A stretch of DNA of 63,076 nucleotides, the filler included, from Octopus bimaculoides (lineage: Eukaryota), in the NCBI RefSeq assembly GCF_001194135.2. It is 6 parts of 5 records of this genome, joined end to end, with 100 filler letters (N's around TTAATTAATTAA, not from the genome) between each part and the next. Parts side by side here need not be neighbours in the genome. Positions count along the whole stretch, not along the records: positions 37,833 to 54,992 come from NC_068984.1; positions 55,093 to 59,287 come from NW_026391739.1; positions 59,388 to 63,076 come from NC_068984.1; 3 more parts are not named here. One strand, given 5' to 3'. Shown in pieces: positions 47,381 to 60,130 of this stretch. Both the position numbers and the translations under genes were made by a program. The notes under the pieces are model-generated. The model was given only the letters and a program-made list of their open reading frames with translations, searched no databases and was not told the origin of the DNA. Within the stretch, counting starts at the first letter, position 1, and the number at the start of each line of letters is the position of its first letter.

Positions 47381-49060
47381 AGGACCAAAATTAGTGAGTA
47401 GCATTATACTCAAGTATAAAGAAAAAACATTAGTGGAGGTAGAGAAAGAGGAGTCAGATTGTATTCATGACTGGATTGTATTCTTTCCCAGTCACTGCAC
47501 TTCCATCATATTAGTTGCCCACATTTCATAGTTATAAGAACCATCTTAACACTATAACCAAGCAAAACAATGCACAAGGGCCTATAGCATTTATTTATTG
47601 AGAGCATCCCACTGCATACATAGATTAGCGTTGGACCCACAAGGCCTGATTGGCCTCCAGACAGCTGCCCTGTGTACCCTTACCTGAAGACAGTATAGAC
47701 TGGCATACAATAAACATTTAATCTAATGATATAGAATTTTAATTTAATGTTGCTTCTGCTGGTGGCAATGATGGTGGCAGCTGTGTGTAGCATTTCATTA
47801 TCCAATGTGTCTTTCTGATTTCTTGTTTTTGAGATGGCAGAGTGCATTTTGAGGGAGACTATTTCTAGCTTGTGCAGTAACTACATAGAAACTCCTTTAT
47901 TAGCTCATAAAGGCACAGTTGAGTGGAGAATATGCAACAGCATCAGTTATTGTTTTCTATGAGTGTCTTAGGAACATTTGCAGAACAGAAGCTGCTATTG
48001 TAGAGGTAAGTGAGGACATCAGCCAGAAATTGAAAGGTTTTTGACTTTTGACTTCTGAGCTTGTAACCCAACACCTCAACCACTCATTCAACATATCCTT
48101 CCTCTGCATAACTCACATTGTTACAGAGAAGCAGCATACTGGTACAATGACACAATGGTACCGTATGTTTGACGTCATAGATCTATAGTTTACCAACATG
48201 TCAATTAGACATTCTACATGTTTCTTCTCTCTATCATCTATAAATGGCATGAAACAACTATGTTTGTAGGTCACAAGTTCAAAGTTTGCCACAGATTTCA
48301 AAATCATAAATTTGCAACAGTTTACTCTAAACATATTTCCTGTTTTGTTTTTTGTTTTTTTAAAGATGTCTTTGAAAAAGCATAAATGTCACGCAATTGT
48401 ACGATCTTCCCCTTGTTATTTTATTATCACAATGTGTTGTGTGCCTAATGAAAGAAGCTTTTATTAACCCTAACTCTTCCTCATATTTGTATTCTAAAAA
48501 AAAGACATCAAGCTGAATTGAACTGAAAAAAATCTATAGAAGTACTTGTTTATTCACAGTATTTAGAGAAAGTCAGTGGAAAACTGAAAAAGAAAGAAAA
48601 GAGAATAAATAAATGACAGAGCTGAACAAAGAGTGAAGGAGAAGGTATAGCTTTAAATGTTTACTTTTCTCGCTGAAGTTTTAAACATAACAAACAATCA
48701 AACATATTGTTAGACTAAACACCTCTCACTTTGGTGAAGGCTGCAGGCATGAAACTTGTTAGTGCAGAAAATTCAGTTTGTTATTTGCAGTGTAGTCAGA
48801 GAAGTGATTGATGGAATAGGAATAAATTGTTCTAGTCTTTTAGTTTTGCATGCCTTAGTTCTAACGTCCTGTTGAAATATTACTGAATATTTCACCTTGT
48901 ACTAAAGGCAACTGTCAGTCTCCCCAGGCACCTATTGACTGACCTTGGTCAAATTTACAAACATTTTGTTGGCAATTTTTAAAGAAATAGGAAATAAGAA
49001 GAAAAAAAAGGTGGAGGTGGTGATAGTATTAAACAACACACACACACACACACATACACT

Positions 49061-49092
<32 letters not shown>

Positions 49093-49959
49093 AATGAGTA
49101 ACAAAGATGTACAGGTGTCAATTCATTATGATCATTTCAAGTGACTCCCTTAATTATTAATGAAAACATTATATCATTGCAGTATTATTAGAATAAGGAA
49201 CAAGAATAATGGAATAAGTGAAGCAAGAACACACACAGAAATGAAAGGTGTAGCTGAAGGGGTCACAGATGTGTGATGAAAGATTTTCAGACAATGGACA
49301 GGCATTAAAATAATAAAATAAAAGTAATAAACGAGTGAAGGGAAAAAAAAATACTGCATGTGTTGTTTTTTTTAGCAAAAAAAAAATAATGAATAAATAA
49401 AATGACCATCCCGAAATACAACAATATATGAAGGTAATTTAAGCATGCAAAAATTAATGCAAAAATTCCCGTGTTTACAGACAATCATTGTTTACTAACA
49501 GTACATTTACCACTGCTGCTGTTACTGTTACAGTACCAGCTAAGTTGTAGGTTACATTGTACAGCTGGTAAGTAGCCCAGCTATTTTATACTGAAAGGGA
49601 AGACAATACAACTAAGAACGCTATGGAGTTGAAACAGCACACTTTTTATGATAAAGCAACTGTGTCATTTCTCCTACACCTACCACCAATACTCAGATAT
49701 ACTCATATTGTAGGAGTACTTTGACATCCTGAGAAACTTTGTCATGACTAGGATATTATCTTGATAATATACATACATACTTATTGTGTGTGTGTACATA
49801 TATATATATATATTGCTTATGCTTGTCAGTCTGAACTAATGATTGCATCTTTCTCAACAAAACAGGCAAAATTGATATGTATAATCTCATTGCTTGCTAA
49901 TCTTTAAAAGTACAACTGTGACAACAACAAGAAAAACAACAGAAATTATCAATTGTTAC

Positions 49960-50390
49960 TCTTGTCCAGTGCCCGAGCATTGCTGATTTGTGGGTTTCTG
50001 TTCGAACACCTGCTGTTACATGGAGGACAGATCTGGCTATCAGCTCAGTTCATTCTGAAGATTTTCCCACCACCTTCCTTTGGCTGGGAAGGGCAAGCTG
50101 TGTTTATTTGTCTGGTGGCCTGAGTGAAGGAGGTTGGGTGATGGATCAGGTTGAAAGAGCTGAAGATAGATACTTTCTGCTTAGGCCATGCCCTCATCAA
50201 CTTTCTCAAGTTTAACTTGAAAAAGGAAAGTGAGAGTTGCGCAGCCTCTTAGCAATTTTGTTGAAAGGTTGGTGAATGGTCCAAGTGATTAGGCCTCTTC
50301 TGAGCATGCACCTGTACATTAAATGAAGACAATGTGGAGAGGGCTCTTGCTCTAGTGGTCAGGACAAGAGTAGTTTTGTGGGGTTTCCAT
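49960..50390 (-). mobile_element. Old CR1/L2-group LINE 3' remnant
   Basis: ..PFNKIAKRLRNS..FKLNLRKLMRAWP.. resembles the CR1-group C-terminus; weak. Confidence 0.4.
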
Positions 50391-50649
50391 GAGCAGCCCT
50401 AAGAAGTCTCCTCTTTTGAAGAATTATTCATTGTTAGAATTGATAGTGTTGTTTGTTTTTTTTTTCTATTTTTTACACACTTCTTTATATAACCCCACAT
50501 TGTACTGTCCTGTACCATTCCCAATGATTTTTGTGAACCTTTAGCAATAAATAAAGAAAACAGTCTTATCATCATCATCATCATCACTGTCGTTATCATC
50601 ATCATAATCATCATCATCATCAGCAGCAGCAGCAGCAGCATCATCATCA

Positions 50650-51547
50650 AGGTGGCCAGTCAGCAAAATCGTTGGTGCATCTGACAAATTGCTTAGTAGC
50701 ATTTATTGTGACTCTTTACATTCTGAGTTCAAATCTCACTAAGATCAACTTTGCCTTTCCTCCTTTCAGGTTCAATAAAATAAAGTACCAGTCAAGTATT
50801 AGGGTTTATATAATTGATTACTCCCGTCCCTAGAAATTCTCTGGCATAATGCCAAAATTTGAAACCACCACTACCACCACCACTATCACTATCATCACCA
50901 CCACCATCACTATCACCACCACCACCTCCACCATCACTATCATCACAACAATAGCAACAACAAGGCAGTGAGGTAGAAGAGTCATTAGAGCATCAGACAA
51001 AACACATAAACAGTATTTGTTTTGGCTCTTTACATTCTGAGTTCAAATGCTGTTAAGGTCAGCTTTGGCTTTCTTTCTTCCAAAGTCGGAAAATAAAGTA
51101 CCAATCAAGTACTAAAGTCAATAGTATTGTCTAAACCCTTCCCCTCAAAATTGTTGGTTTTGTGTCTAAATCAGAAACAGTAATTATTGTTCTGACTGGC
51201 AGAACCATTAGCACACCAGACAAAATTCTTAGCAGCATTCCTTCTGGTTTTACATTCTGAGTTCAAATGCTACTGAGGTCAACTTTGCCTCATATCCTCT
51301 CAGGGTCGATAAAATATGTACTAGTTAAGTACTGAGATCAATGTAATTGACTTCTCCCTTCCCTCAGAAATTGTTGGTCATGTGCCAAAAATTCCAAAAG
51401 AATTCATCATCATCATCATTATCATTTAATGTCCGCTTTCCATGCTAGCATGGGTTGGATGATTTGACTGAGGACTGGTGAACCAGATGGCTATACCAGG
51501 CTCCAATCTGATTTAGCAGAGTTTCTACAGCTGGATGCCCTTCCTAA

Positions 51548-51579
<32 letters not shown>

Positions 51580-51800
51580 GAAGGCGGCGAGCTGGCAGAA
51601 TTGTTTGCACCCTGGATGAAATGCTTAGCAGTATTTCACCTATAGCTATACTCTGAGTTCAAATTCTGCCATGGTCGACTTTGCCTTTCATCTCTTCAGA
51701 GTTGATGAATTAAGTACCAGTGAGATACTAGGGTCGATGAAATCGACTATCCCCGCTCCTCCAAATTTCAGGCCTTGTGCCTATAGTAGAAAGGATGATT
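50650..51800 (+). mobile_element. Cluster of four co-oriented family A SINEs plus one antisense RTE tail (51420-51548)
   Basis: ttctgagttcaaat motif at ~50722, 51036, 51255 and 51652, separated by trinucleotide runs. Confidence 0.85.
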
Positions 51801-52900
51801 ATTGTTGTTGTTGTTGTTGTTGTTCTTCTTCTTCTTCTTCTTCTTCTTCTTCTTCTTCTTCTTCTTCTTCTTCTTCTTCTTCTTCTTCTTTTTCTTTGTT
51901 ATTCTTTTTGTTGTTGTTGTTGTTTACAAATTAAAACATACATGAAGATTTTCGTTCCTCACATAAAAAGAATTTGGTACTTTTGAGAAGATATACCTGC
52001 AAATATTCAGGATAAATGCTTTGTGAAATCATCATAACAACATTTATGTATTCTAGTTTTGTTCTTTTCTGGGAATAGGCATATGTTTCCACATACCGAT
52101 AATCCCCTCAGTGTTGTTACAGAAGTAATTAAAAATGGAATGATTGACACATTTCTTAATTGCTACAATGCTTTCAAATTCAATCACTGAGACGGTAATT
52201 CTTTAGCTTCTCAGTTTGCTTCTCTATACAACATTATCGGTGAGTAAAAGGTTCTGTTGAAGTTATAAAAGCACAATTGTCATTTTTGTAATGGAAAATG
52301 GTATCACATTTGTGTTCAATGGTGGTCTTTTTGTTTGCTAAAATCCTGTAGGCTTTTTAAAATTGACATTTTCTAAGACATTTGTCTATTCATATAACCA
52401 GAAACTATTAAGAGTGTTTGAATGTAGGGGAGAAAGAGAGAGAGAGTTTGTAAATAAAGTCATGAGAGACATTGGACAATGTACTCATGGTCTATATGTT
52501 CAAATCTACCATAAGCATTTTGTTGCTGTTCAGTCCAGGTCAGCCCTTCAGCAATGCTTGTTTAAAAGGAACTGCTAGTGGTTTGGTCATGTGCCTCATT
52601 TTGTTATCCATGAAGCAACCTCACTTGTGCTAGTGTCACAATAAAATGCACTCAGTACAATTTATAAAGTGGTTGGTGAATGAGCAAAGAGAACATAGAG
52701 GACATGACAACTTCTCTAGTGCTGGTGCCACAATAAAACACACCCAGTACATGTTTTAAAGCAGTTGGTGTTAGAAAGAGCTTCAAACCATGGAAAACAA
52801 GCTGAAAATTGAATATACAAGATCAGTAACTCAGGATAAGATCTCACTTGGACCACAACCCATCAAACCCTTGCTAGAATGAAAAGTGACTGGATGAATG

Positions 52901-52947
<47 letters not shown>

Positions 52948-54032
52948 GGATAGATAGATCCTTGTGTATGTGCTTCTGTCTGTATATGATACATACTTTT
53001 ATACAGCACTGTTATATGTGTACTTACGTGAACAGAGAGAGAGAGAGAGAGAGAGAGTAAGAGGGTAATAAAGAGTAAGAGAGAGTAGGGTGTTGCCTGT
53101 TTTCTATGTTATCTACTTTGATGTGTGTTTATATATACACATATGTGTGTGTGCCTAATTGTTTGCATATTTATTCTTCCTTATCTACATATACCTCCAC
53201 CCTGTTGTAACATCTACTGCATTTAATCTCTCAGATCCAGCCTCAAAATCTTACCCAGTCATTCCTCCCCCTATACAACAAACTTCTGGAATTCCTAAAT
53301 CTCCAAAGTTTTTTCTTATATATGTCAAGTTACACAGGCTCACATCAGTCTGAGATGGTTGCAAAGGTCACAGACACTTCTACTTTGATTATCTTACAGA
53401 AAAAAATGTGTTTTTATGTGTGTGTGTGTGTGTATGCATGTATGCATGTGTGTGTGTGTGTGTGTGTGCATTCGTGTGTGTGTGGGTGTTTGCCTATATA
53501 TGCAGTAGTTAGTTATGTAAAGACTGTGTGCACAATCTGATGACTATCTGAACTGGTATTAATATATTGATGTGTATATGTGGAGGGTTTGTGTTCATCT
53601 GCACATGTAGATACATGTGTAGAGATTTTTAATCATCAGCATGTGTGTGTACATGCGTGTAGAGGTTTGCATTTATCTGTATACGTAAATTGTGTTTGTA
53701 TGTATGTGTTGATGTAATTTTGTTTACATGTCTGTTATTTTCATCTTGTCTACTTCTAATGAACCTTGTCTTTCAATTCTGTTTGCTATGTGGAACAGAA
53801 AGTACATGGGAGAGAGAAGAGAGAGAGGGGGAGAGAGAGAGGGGGAGAGAGAGAGGGAGAGAGAGAGAGGCAATGTGCTGAAGGTAGAAGAATCTGAATG
53901 AGAGAGAGAGAGAGAGAAGAAAGGCTGGGGAAAGGAGAAAAAGAAAGTTATATACAATGAGAGAAAAAAAGAGAGTCAGCTTCATTTTCCTGATATACCA
54001 AATGTGCTGTAAATATTTTTAGTACTCTAAGG

Positions 54033-54318
54033 CAGGGGTTTTCAAACTGTGGTCTGCGGACCACAGGGGGTCCGCAAGGACAAGACAGGGGGTCCGTGGA
54101 CAGCAAATACTTTTTATGGGCAATTTGATTTTATATATGTTTTTTAATCGAAATCTTTTAATTGACAATAAACCTATTTGTTAAATACTGTTAAATAAAT
54201 AAATGTAAAAATATATGTTATTTTAAGCAAATATTTATGTATAAATTTCATAAGCATTTATAAGGGTAAAGCCTGAAATATAAAGGGGTCCGCAAGTCAA
54301 AATGTTTGAAAACCCCTG
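54033..54318. mobile_element. hAT (Charlie-like) MITE, 286 bp
   Basis: Perfect 15-bp TIR caggggttttcaaac; perfect 8-bp TSD ctctaagg (54025-54032 / 54319-54326). Confidence 0.95.
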
Positions 54319-54707
54319 CTCTAAGGTGTTGAATGATGTTATGGTAAAAAGTGGATGAGAAATAGATCGTCCAACCCATGCTAGCATGGAAAGCGGATGT
54401 TAAACGATGATGATGATGATGATGATGTAGAAGATTTCCAACTGATATCTAATATATGCCTTAGACACTTCTGGTGAAATCTGGTGAATGTAGTACATAA
54501 TTCATTAAGAATCACGTCAAGAGAAGTCCCACCTCCATACATTTGTTCAAAACGGATTTTTCAGCCAGTAATAATTTTGAACATAAATGACAGCAGTGCT
54601 CCCTTGGTGCCACTGGAACTGTATGCATATAAAGCGACCTGGGAGCATCCCAAGTTGATCTCCCAATTTGTGAATGTTCATGGATGACAAGTCTGGTTTT
54701 TTGAAGC

Positions 54708-54992
54708 ATTTCTGCGGGACAACCTGTTGAAAGCCACCGACCAGATTTGTGGGTGGTGTAAGGTCCCCTCCCAACCCAGAGTAACGTGGTGGTGGAACAA
54801 GGAGGTAGACAGGGCTATTAGACAAAAGAAACAAGCTTGGAAGGACTGGAAGAACGGTGGTAGCAGGGAATTGTACCAATGTGCCAGAAGGGAGGCTAGG
54901 CGACAGGTTTATTTAGCCAGAGGGGAAGCAGATAAGGAAAGATTTGCCAATGTTCTGCGCCGTGAGGACCAAAGACTCGAGGTATTTCGGGT
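54708..54992 (+). mobile_element. RTE ORF2 internal fragment (EN-RT linker), same family as 18060-18400
   Basis: TWWWNKEVDRAIRQKKQAWKDWKNGGSRELYQ...EDQRLEVFR. Confidence 0.92.
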
Positions 54993-55184
54993 NNNNNNNN
55001 NNNNNNNNNNNNNNNNNNNNNNNNNNNNNNNNNNNNTTAATTAATTAANNNNNNNNNNNNNNNNNNNNNNNNNNNNNNNNNNNNNNNNNNNNGAAGATTA
55101 TCCGATCGAAGATGGACACAGAGGATTCATTGGAAACGTTACGAACAATTTGCTGTTGTTTGTTCCTTCTAGGGTCATGCTTGG

Positions 55185-55460
55185 CTCATCAGGGCTGGTT
55201 TCCTGGTTTCATTGACGTATAGGTTCCCCACCTGGACGGGACGCCGGTCCGTCGCAGGTGAGCTGCTAGGTGCAGGAGGAAAAAGTGAGAGAAAGTTGTG
55301 GCGAGAGAGTCAGCAGAAGTTTTGCCATTACTTTCTGCCGGAGCCACGTGGAGCTTAGGTACTTCGCTCATAAACACACATATCGCCCGGTCTGAGATTC
55401 GAAACCCGCGATCCATCTACCGCGACTCCGCTGCTTTAACCACAAGGACATGGACCTCCA
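55185..55460 (-). mobile_element. tRNA-derived SINE (family C-like head, different tail)
   Basis: gattcgaaacccgcgatc...ctgctttaaccac head; cctggacgggacgccggtccgtcgcagg body. Confidence 0.78.
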
Positions 55461-56476
55461 TTTACGAACAATAAATATCCATATTATTTCTCACTTGCAA
55501 TACAAAACACTAAAAAATGATAGATAAGAAAATCAAACGAACAAAAGAATCTGTGGCAATAACAACAATAAAAAGAAAAGAAGACAAAATCGGAGAGAAA
55601 TTGAAGGAAAATGAGATAAAAAACATTTTTGAAATGCTGAATCAGAAATGTGAAATTATTTTAATTGAAACGCTAATTGTGTCTAATTTATCTGTTCAAG
55701 GCAAATATATTAAAGTGATAAAGGAAATAATCTCTGGAAGGAAGGCTTTCGTATCGATACATAACNNNNNNNNNNNNNNNNNNNNNNNNNNNNNNNNNNN
55801 NNNNNNNNNNNNNNNNNNNNNNNNNNNNNNNNNNNNNNNNNNNNNNNNNNNNNNNNNNNNNNNNNNNNNNNNNNNNNNNNNNNNNNNNNNNNNNNNNNNN
55901 NNNNNNNNNNNNNNNNNNNNNNNNNNNNNNNNNNNNNNNNNNNNNNNNNNNNNNNNNNNNNNNNNNNNNNNNNNNNNNNNNNNNNNNNNNNNNNNNNNNN
56001 NNNNNNNNNNNNNNNNNNNNNNNNNNNNNNNNNNNNNNNNNNNNNNNNNNNNNNNNNNNNNNNNNNNNNNNNNNNNNNNNNNNNNNNNNNNNNNNNNNNN
56101 NNNNNNNNNNNNNNNNNNNNNNNNNNNNNNNNNNNNNNNNNNNNNNNNNNNNNNNNNNNNNNNNNNNNNNNNNNNNNNNNNNNNNNNNNNNNNNNNNNNN
56201 NNNNNNNNNNNNNNNNNNNNNNNNNNNNNNNNNNNNNNNNNNNNNNNNNNNNNNNNNNNNNNNNNNNNNNNNNNNNNNNNNNNNNNNNNNNNNNNNNNNN
56301 NNNNNNNNNNNNNNNNNNNNNNNNNNNNNNNNNNNNNNNNNNNNNNNNNNNNNNNNNNNNNNNNNNNNNNNNNNNNNNNNNNNNNNNNNNNNNNNNNNNN
56401 NNNNNNNNNNNNNNNNNNNNNNNNNNNNNNNNNNNNNNNNNNNNNNNNNNNNNNNNNNNNNNNNNNNNNNNNNNNN

Positions 56477-56560
56477 AGAAGAAGAAGAAGAAGAAGAAGA
56501 AGAAGAAGAAGAAGAAGAAGAAGAAGAAGAAGAAGAAGAAGAAGAAGAAGAAGAAGAAGA
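56477..56560. repeat. (AAG)n microsatellite
   Basis: Direct reading. Confidence 0.97.
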
Positions 56561-56659
56561 CGACTACGACGCAAAAGGAATACAAGAAAAGACAGGATAA
56601 TGTCGCAAGACTGATTCATTGGAATCTGAGCGTCGAGTATAAATTTGATGGATGGCAAA

Positions 56660-57152
56660 AGTGCTGAGAGCAACATCCTAAAAACGGAGTAAAAAAGGAG
56701 GACGTCCAAGTAAAGATATTCTGGGATGTAACGATTCAATGTGACCCTGAAATGGAACATCGAAAGCCGGATAAGGTGGTGAATGAAGAGGATGGTGGCG
56801 AATAAAGAGGATGGTGGTGAATGAAGAGGATGCGGGTGCTTGGTTTAGTGGTTAGGATGTTTGCACTCATGACCTTAAGACTGTGGTTTCGGTTCCCCGA
56901 CCGCGCATTACTTTAGCTCCCTCTGCTGACAAAAGGGAGTAATTCTTCGAAGGATTGGCGTCCTATCCAGGTGGGACAAGGTACATGCCACAGAATATCC
57001 GGGGAAACCGGTCTTATGAGCCTGTGGCCCAGGAAGGGTCTTTTCTAATTTTGAATGAAGAGGAAGGAACTCGTTTAATCATAGACATTGCATGGCTTGG
57101 CGATGACAAAGTATCTACTACTACTACTACTACCACCACCACCACCACCACC

Positions 57153-57235
<83 letters not shown>

Positions 57236-57360
57236 TGATGATGATGATGATAATAATAATAATAGTGAACAATCTGGTGTGTTTATTTTGATGGCCTACC
57301 AAAGTGTACAGTGAATTACTTTGCCCTAGATGTTGGGAAGTCACTCGGCAAAAAATGGAA
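56660..57360 (+). mobile_element. R4/Dong-like non-LTR 3' fragment with restriction-like endonuclease (PD..D), interrupted
   Basis: KIFWDVTIQCDPEMEHRKPD.VVNEEE|GTRLIIDIAWLGDDKV rejoined across an insert flanked by tgaatgaagagga; trinucleotide expansion at 57115-57265. Confidence 0.78.
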
Positions 57361-57409
57361 ACATAATTAAAAGAAGACAATAATAACAATAATAATAATC
57401 CTTTATAAT

Positions 57410-57612
57410 ATAGGCAAAAGGCCTGAAATTTAGGAGGAGGAGGGGATTAATCGATTACAGTGACCCTAGTGTTTCACTGGTACTTAATTTAACGACCCCG
57501 AAAGGATGAAAAGCAAAATCAACCTCGGCGGAATTTGAACTCAAAACGTGAGACGGACGAAATAAGGTTAAGCATTTCGCCCGGTGTGCTAACCATTCTG
57601 CCAGTTCACCTC
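57410..57612 (-). mobile_element. SINE family A
   Basis: gaccccgaaaggatgaaaagc...ggcggaatttgaactc...ctgccagttc. Confidence 0.87.
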
Positions 57613-57615
57613 TTC

Positions 57616-57725
<110 letters not shown>

Positions 57726-57904
57726 GTAACGATTTCAAAATTTGAAAGGCTGTGTCAGTAATTTTAGGGGTAAATCGATTACGCCAACGTCCATGTTTCT
57801 CTTGTACTTATTTTTCGGCGACAAAAGGGTTAAAGAAAAATTTGAACTCGGAATGCAAAGCATTTTTGCGAACGCTCAAACGATTCTGATATTTGTAAAG
57901 ATTG

Positions 57905-58860
57905 GAATGACGATGAGGAGGAGTTAGTGGGGCAGGTGTAGGAGTGGGAGGAGGAGGAGGAGGAGGAGCAGAAGAAACAGGAGGTTGGAGATGGAACTAA
58001 AAGAGATAATGGAGGTGGATGTGGCGCTGGTGGTGGGGACGTCGACGAAGACCACATCGACGACGACAACGACGATTATGACGGTGCTCACCATCTCCAC
58101 CACCACCACCACCACTACCACCACTAACTACAACTACAAAAACAATAACAGCATCTTTATCGCCATCGTCATCATCGCCATCGTCATCATCATCATCATC
58201 ATCACTATCGTCGTCGTCGTCGTCATCATTATCATCATCATCATCATCACCATCGTCATCATCATCATCATCACCATCGTCGTCGTCGTCGTCATCATCA
58301 TCACTGTCTGCCAAATACAACTTTCGTTTCGTGATATTTCGATTCTCGAAATATCACGATTTGCTTCCGTTGTCATTCACTTCTGGTTGCTGTTGTTCTT
58401 GCCGCTACTTCTGCTGCTGCTGCTGCTGTTATTATTGTTGTTGTTGTAGTACTAGTAGTAGTAGTAGTGGTTGTTGTTGCTGCTGTTGTAGCGGTTGTTG
58501 TTGTTGCTGTTTGTTCTTGTTATCCTAATTGTTGCTCTCTGCCAGTTGACGCAGCTTTAATTTCAGTTCTCCATGTTATCATCTTCGTCAAATGGCGTCG
58601 TCGGTGTTTCTCTTGTCGTTGATGCAATTTCACTTCCTCTTCTTGTTGCTGCAGACGACGTTCTAGTCACTATTAATATTACTATTAAGCTTGTTATTAC
58701 AATCATTATTATCATTATTATTATTGTTGTTGTTGTTTGTGATGCGGAGTTATTCGCTTGCAGTTGATGTACTTTCAATTTATCGCTGTTGTTGTCGTGG
58801 CTGTTATTGCAAATGTCGTGGTTGTTGTAGTTGCCGTTGTTGGTGCTGCTGTCTTCTCTT
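57905..58860. repeat. ~950-bp mosaic of cryptic trinucleotide repeats (GAG, GAC, CAC, CAT/CGT, GCT, GTT)
   Basis: Direct reading; accounts for the homopolymer ORFs on both strands. Confidence 0.88.
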
Positions 58861-59127
58861 TTAAATACTTTACACTCGTTACTTATTAATTATAGTTTAT
58901 TCTTATTAATTATTCACTATTTATAATCAGGTTTTGATTTTCCACTTCAATATTTTTGCCGATTTTGTTTAAAAGTTTTCAATTTAAACTCCGCGTTATT
59001 TTTAATACGGACGCTCACACAAACACGCACAGACACGCTCAAACACGCATATACTCACACAAACACACACACACGCTTGTACACACGCACGTGTCGCCGG
59101 CACACCATACAGGCACCAAAATATTTA

Positions 59128-59182
<55 letters not shown>

Positions 59183-59918
59183 GTATGTATTTATATGTAT
59201 AAACGCGCATAGATGCAAACACCCACTCACTGAAGTGCATATATATATACATATATATACATATATATATATGTGTGTGTGTGTGTGNNNNNNNNNNNNN
59301 NNNNNNNNNNNNNNNNNNNNNNNNNNNNNNNTTAATTAATTAANNNNNNNNNNNNNNNNNNNNNNNNNNNNNNNNNNNNNNNNNNNNTATGCATAAATAT
59401 ATACATACATATATAAAATATACATACATATATACAAATATATACATACATATAAATACACACACACACATATATATATAGTGAGATTACGCATTAAATG
59501 CACATAGTTTATGTGTTTTGTTTATAAACAGATTTTCCGCGAAATTTCATGGACGACTTTACCGATCGCATATGAATAGTGCTTGTGCTTTTTTTATAAG
59601 CCGAGGACTCGTAGGAGGTGAACAGTTAGATAGACGTTGTTTGCTATGTGTGTGCTCTTTTGCGCTCATGTTTGTCTTACCAGTTGTTCGCTTGTTTAAA
59701 TTTTCGTATTTTACTGGCACGAAAAATAAGGCATCTTCTACAATTGATCAATTGATGTAAAAAAATTAATGAACTTCATGGGCATGAACCAACTGACAAA
59801 CCTAGTAAATGAGTACTCTAAAAACATGCACACACACATATACACATCTGTATGCATACATGAAATAATATTGTATATATGCCTACGCTACAGGTTTCTC
59901 AGTATATCTTTGAGCGTT

Positions 59919-60130
59919 AAGGCGGCGAGCTGACAGAAAAGTTAGCACGCCGGGTGAAATGCTTAGCGGTATTTCGTCTGTCTGTACGTTCTGATTTCAA
60001 ATTCCTCAGCGGTCGACATTGCTTTTCATATTTTCGGGGTCGATAAATTAAGTACCAGTTGCGTACTGGGTCGATCTAATCGACTAACTCCTTGCCCCAA
60101 CATTTCTGGCCTTGTGACTAGAGTAGAAAA
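59919..60130 (+). mobile_element. SINE family A, full length, probable TSD tatctttgag
   Basis: aaggcggcgagctgacagaaaagttagcacgccggg head; the 10-mer is repeated at both ends. Confidence 0.88.

Noticed and set aside
48113-48334. 73-aa minus-strand ORF with a GTGAGT donor, overlapping a plus-strand 36-nt exon-like segment
   Set aside because: Equally weak signals on both strands and no recognisable protein; cannot be supported.
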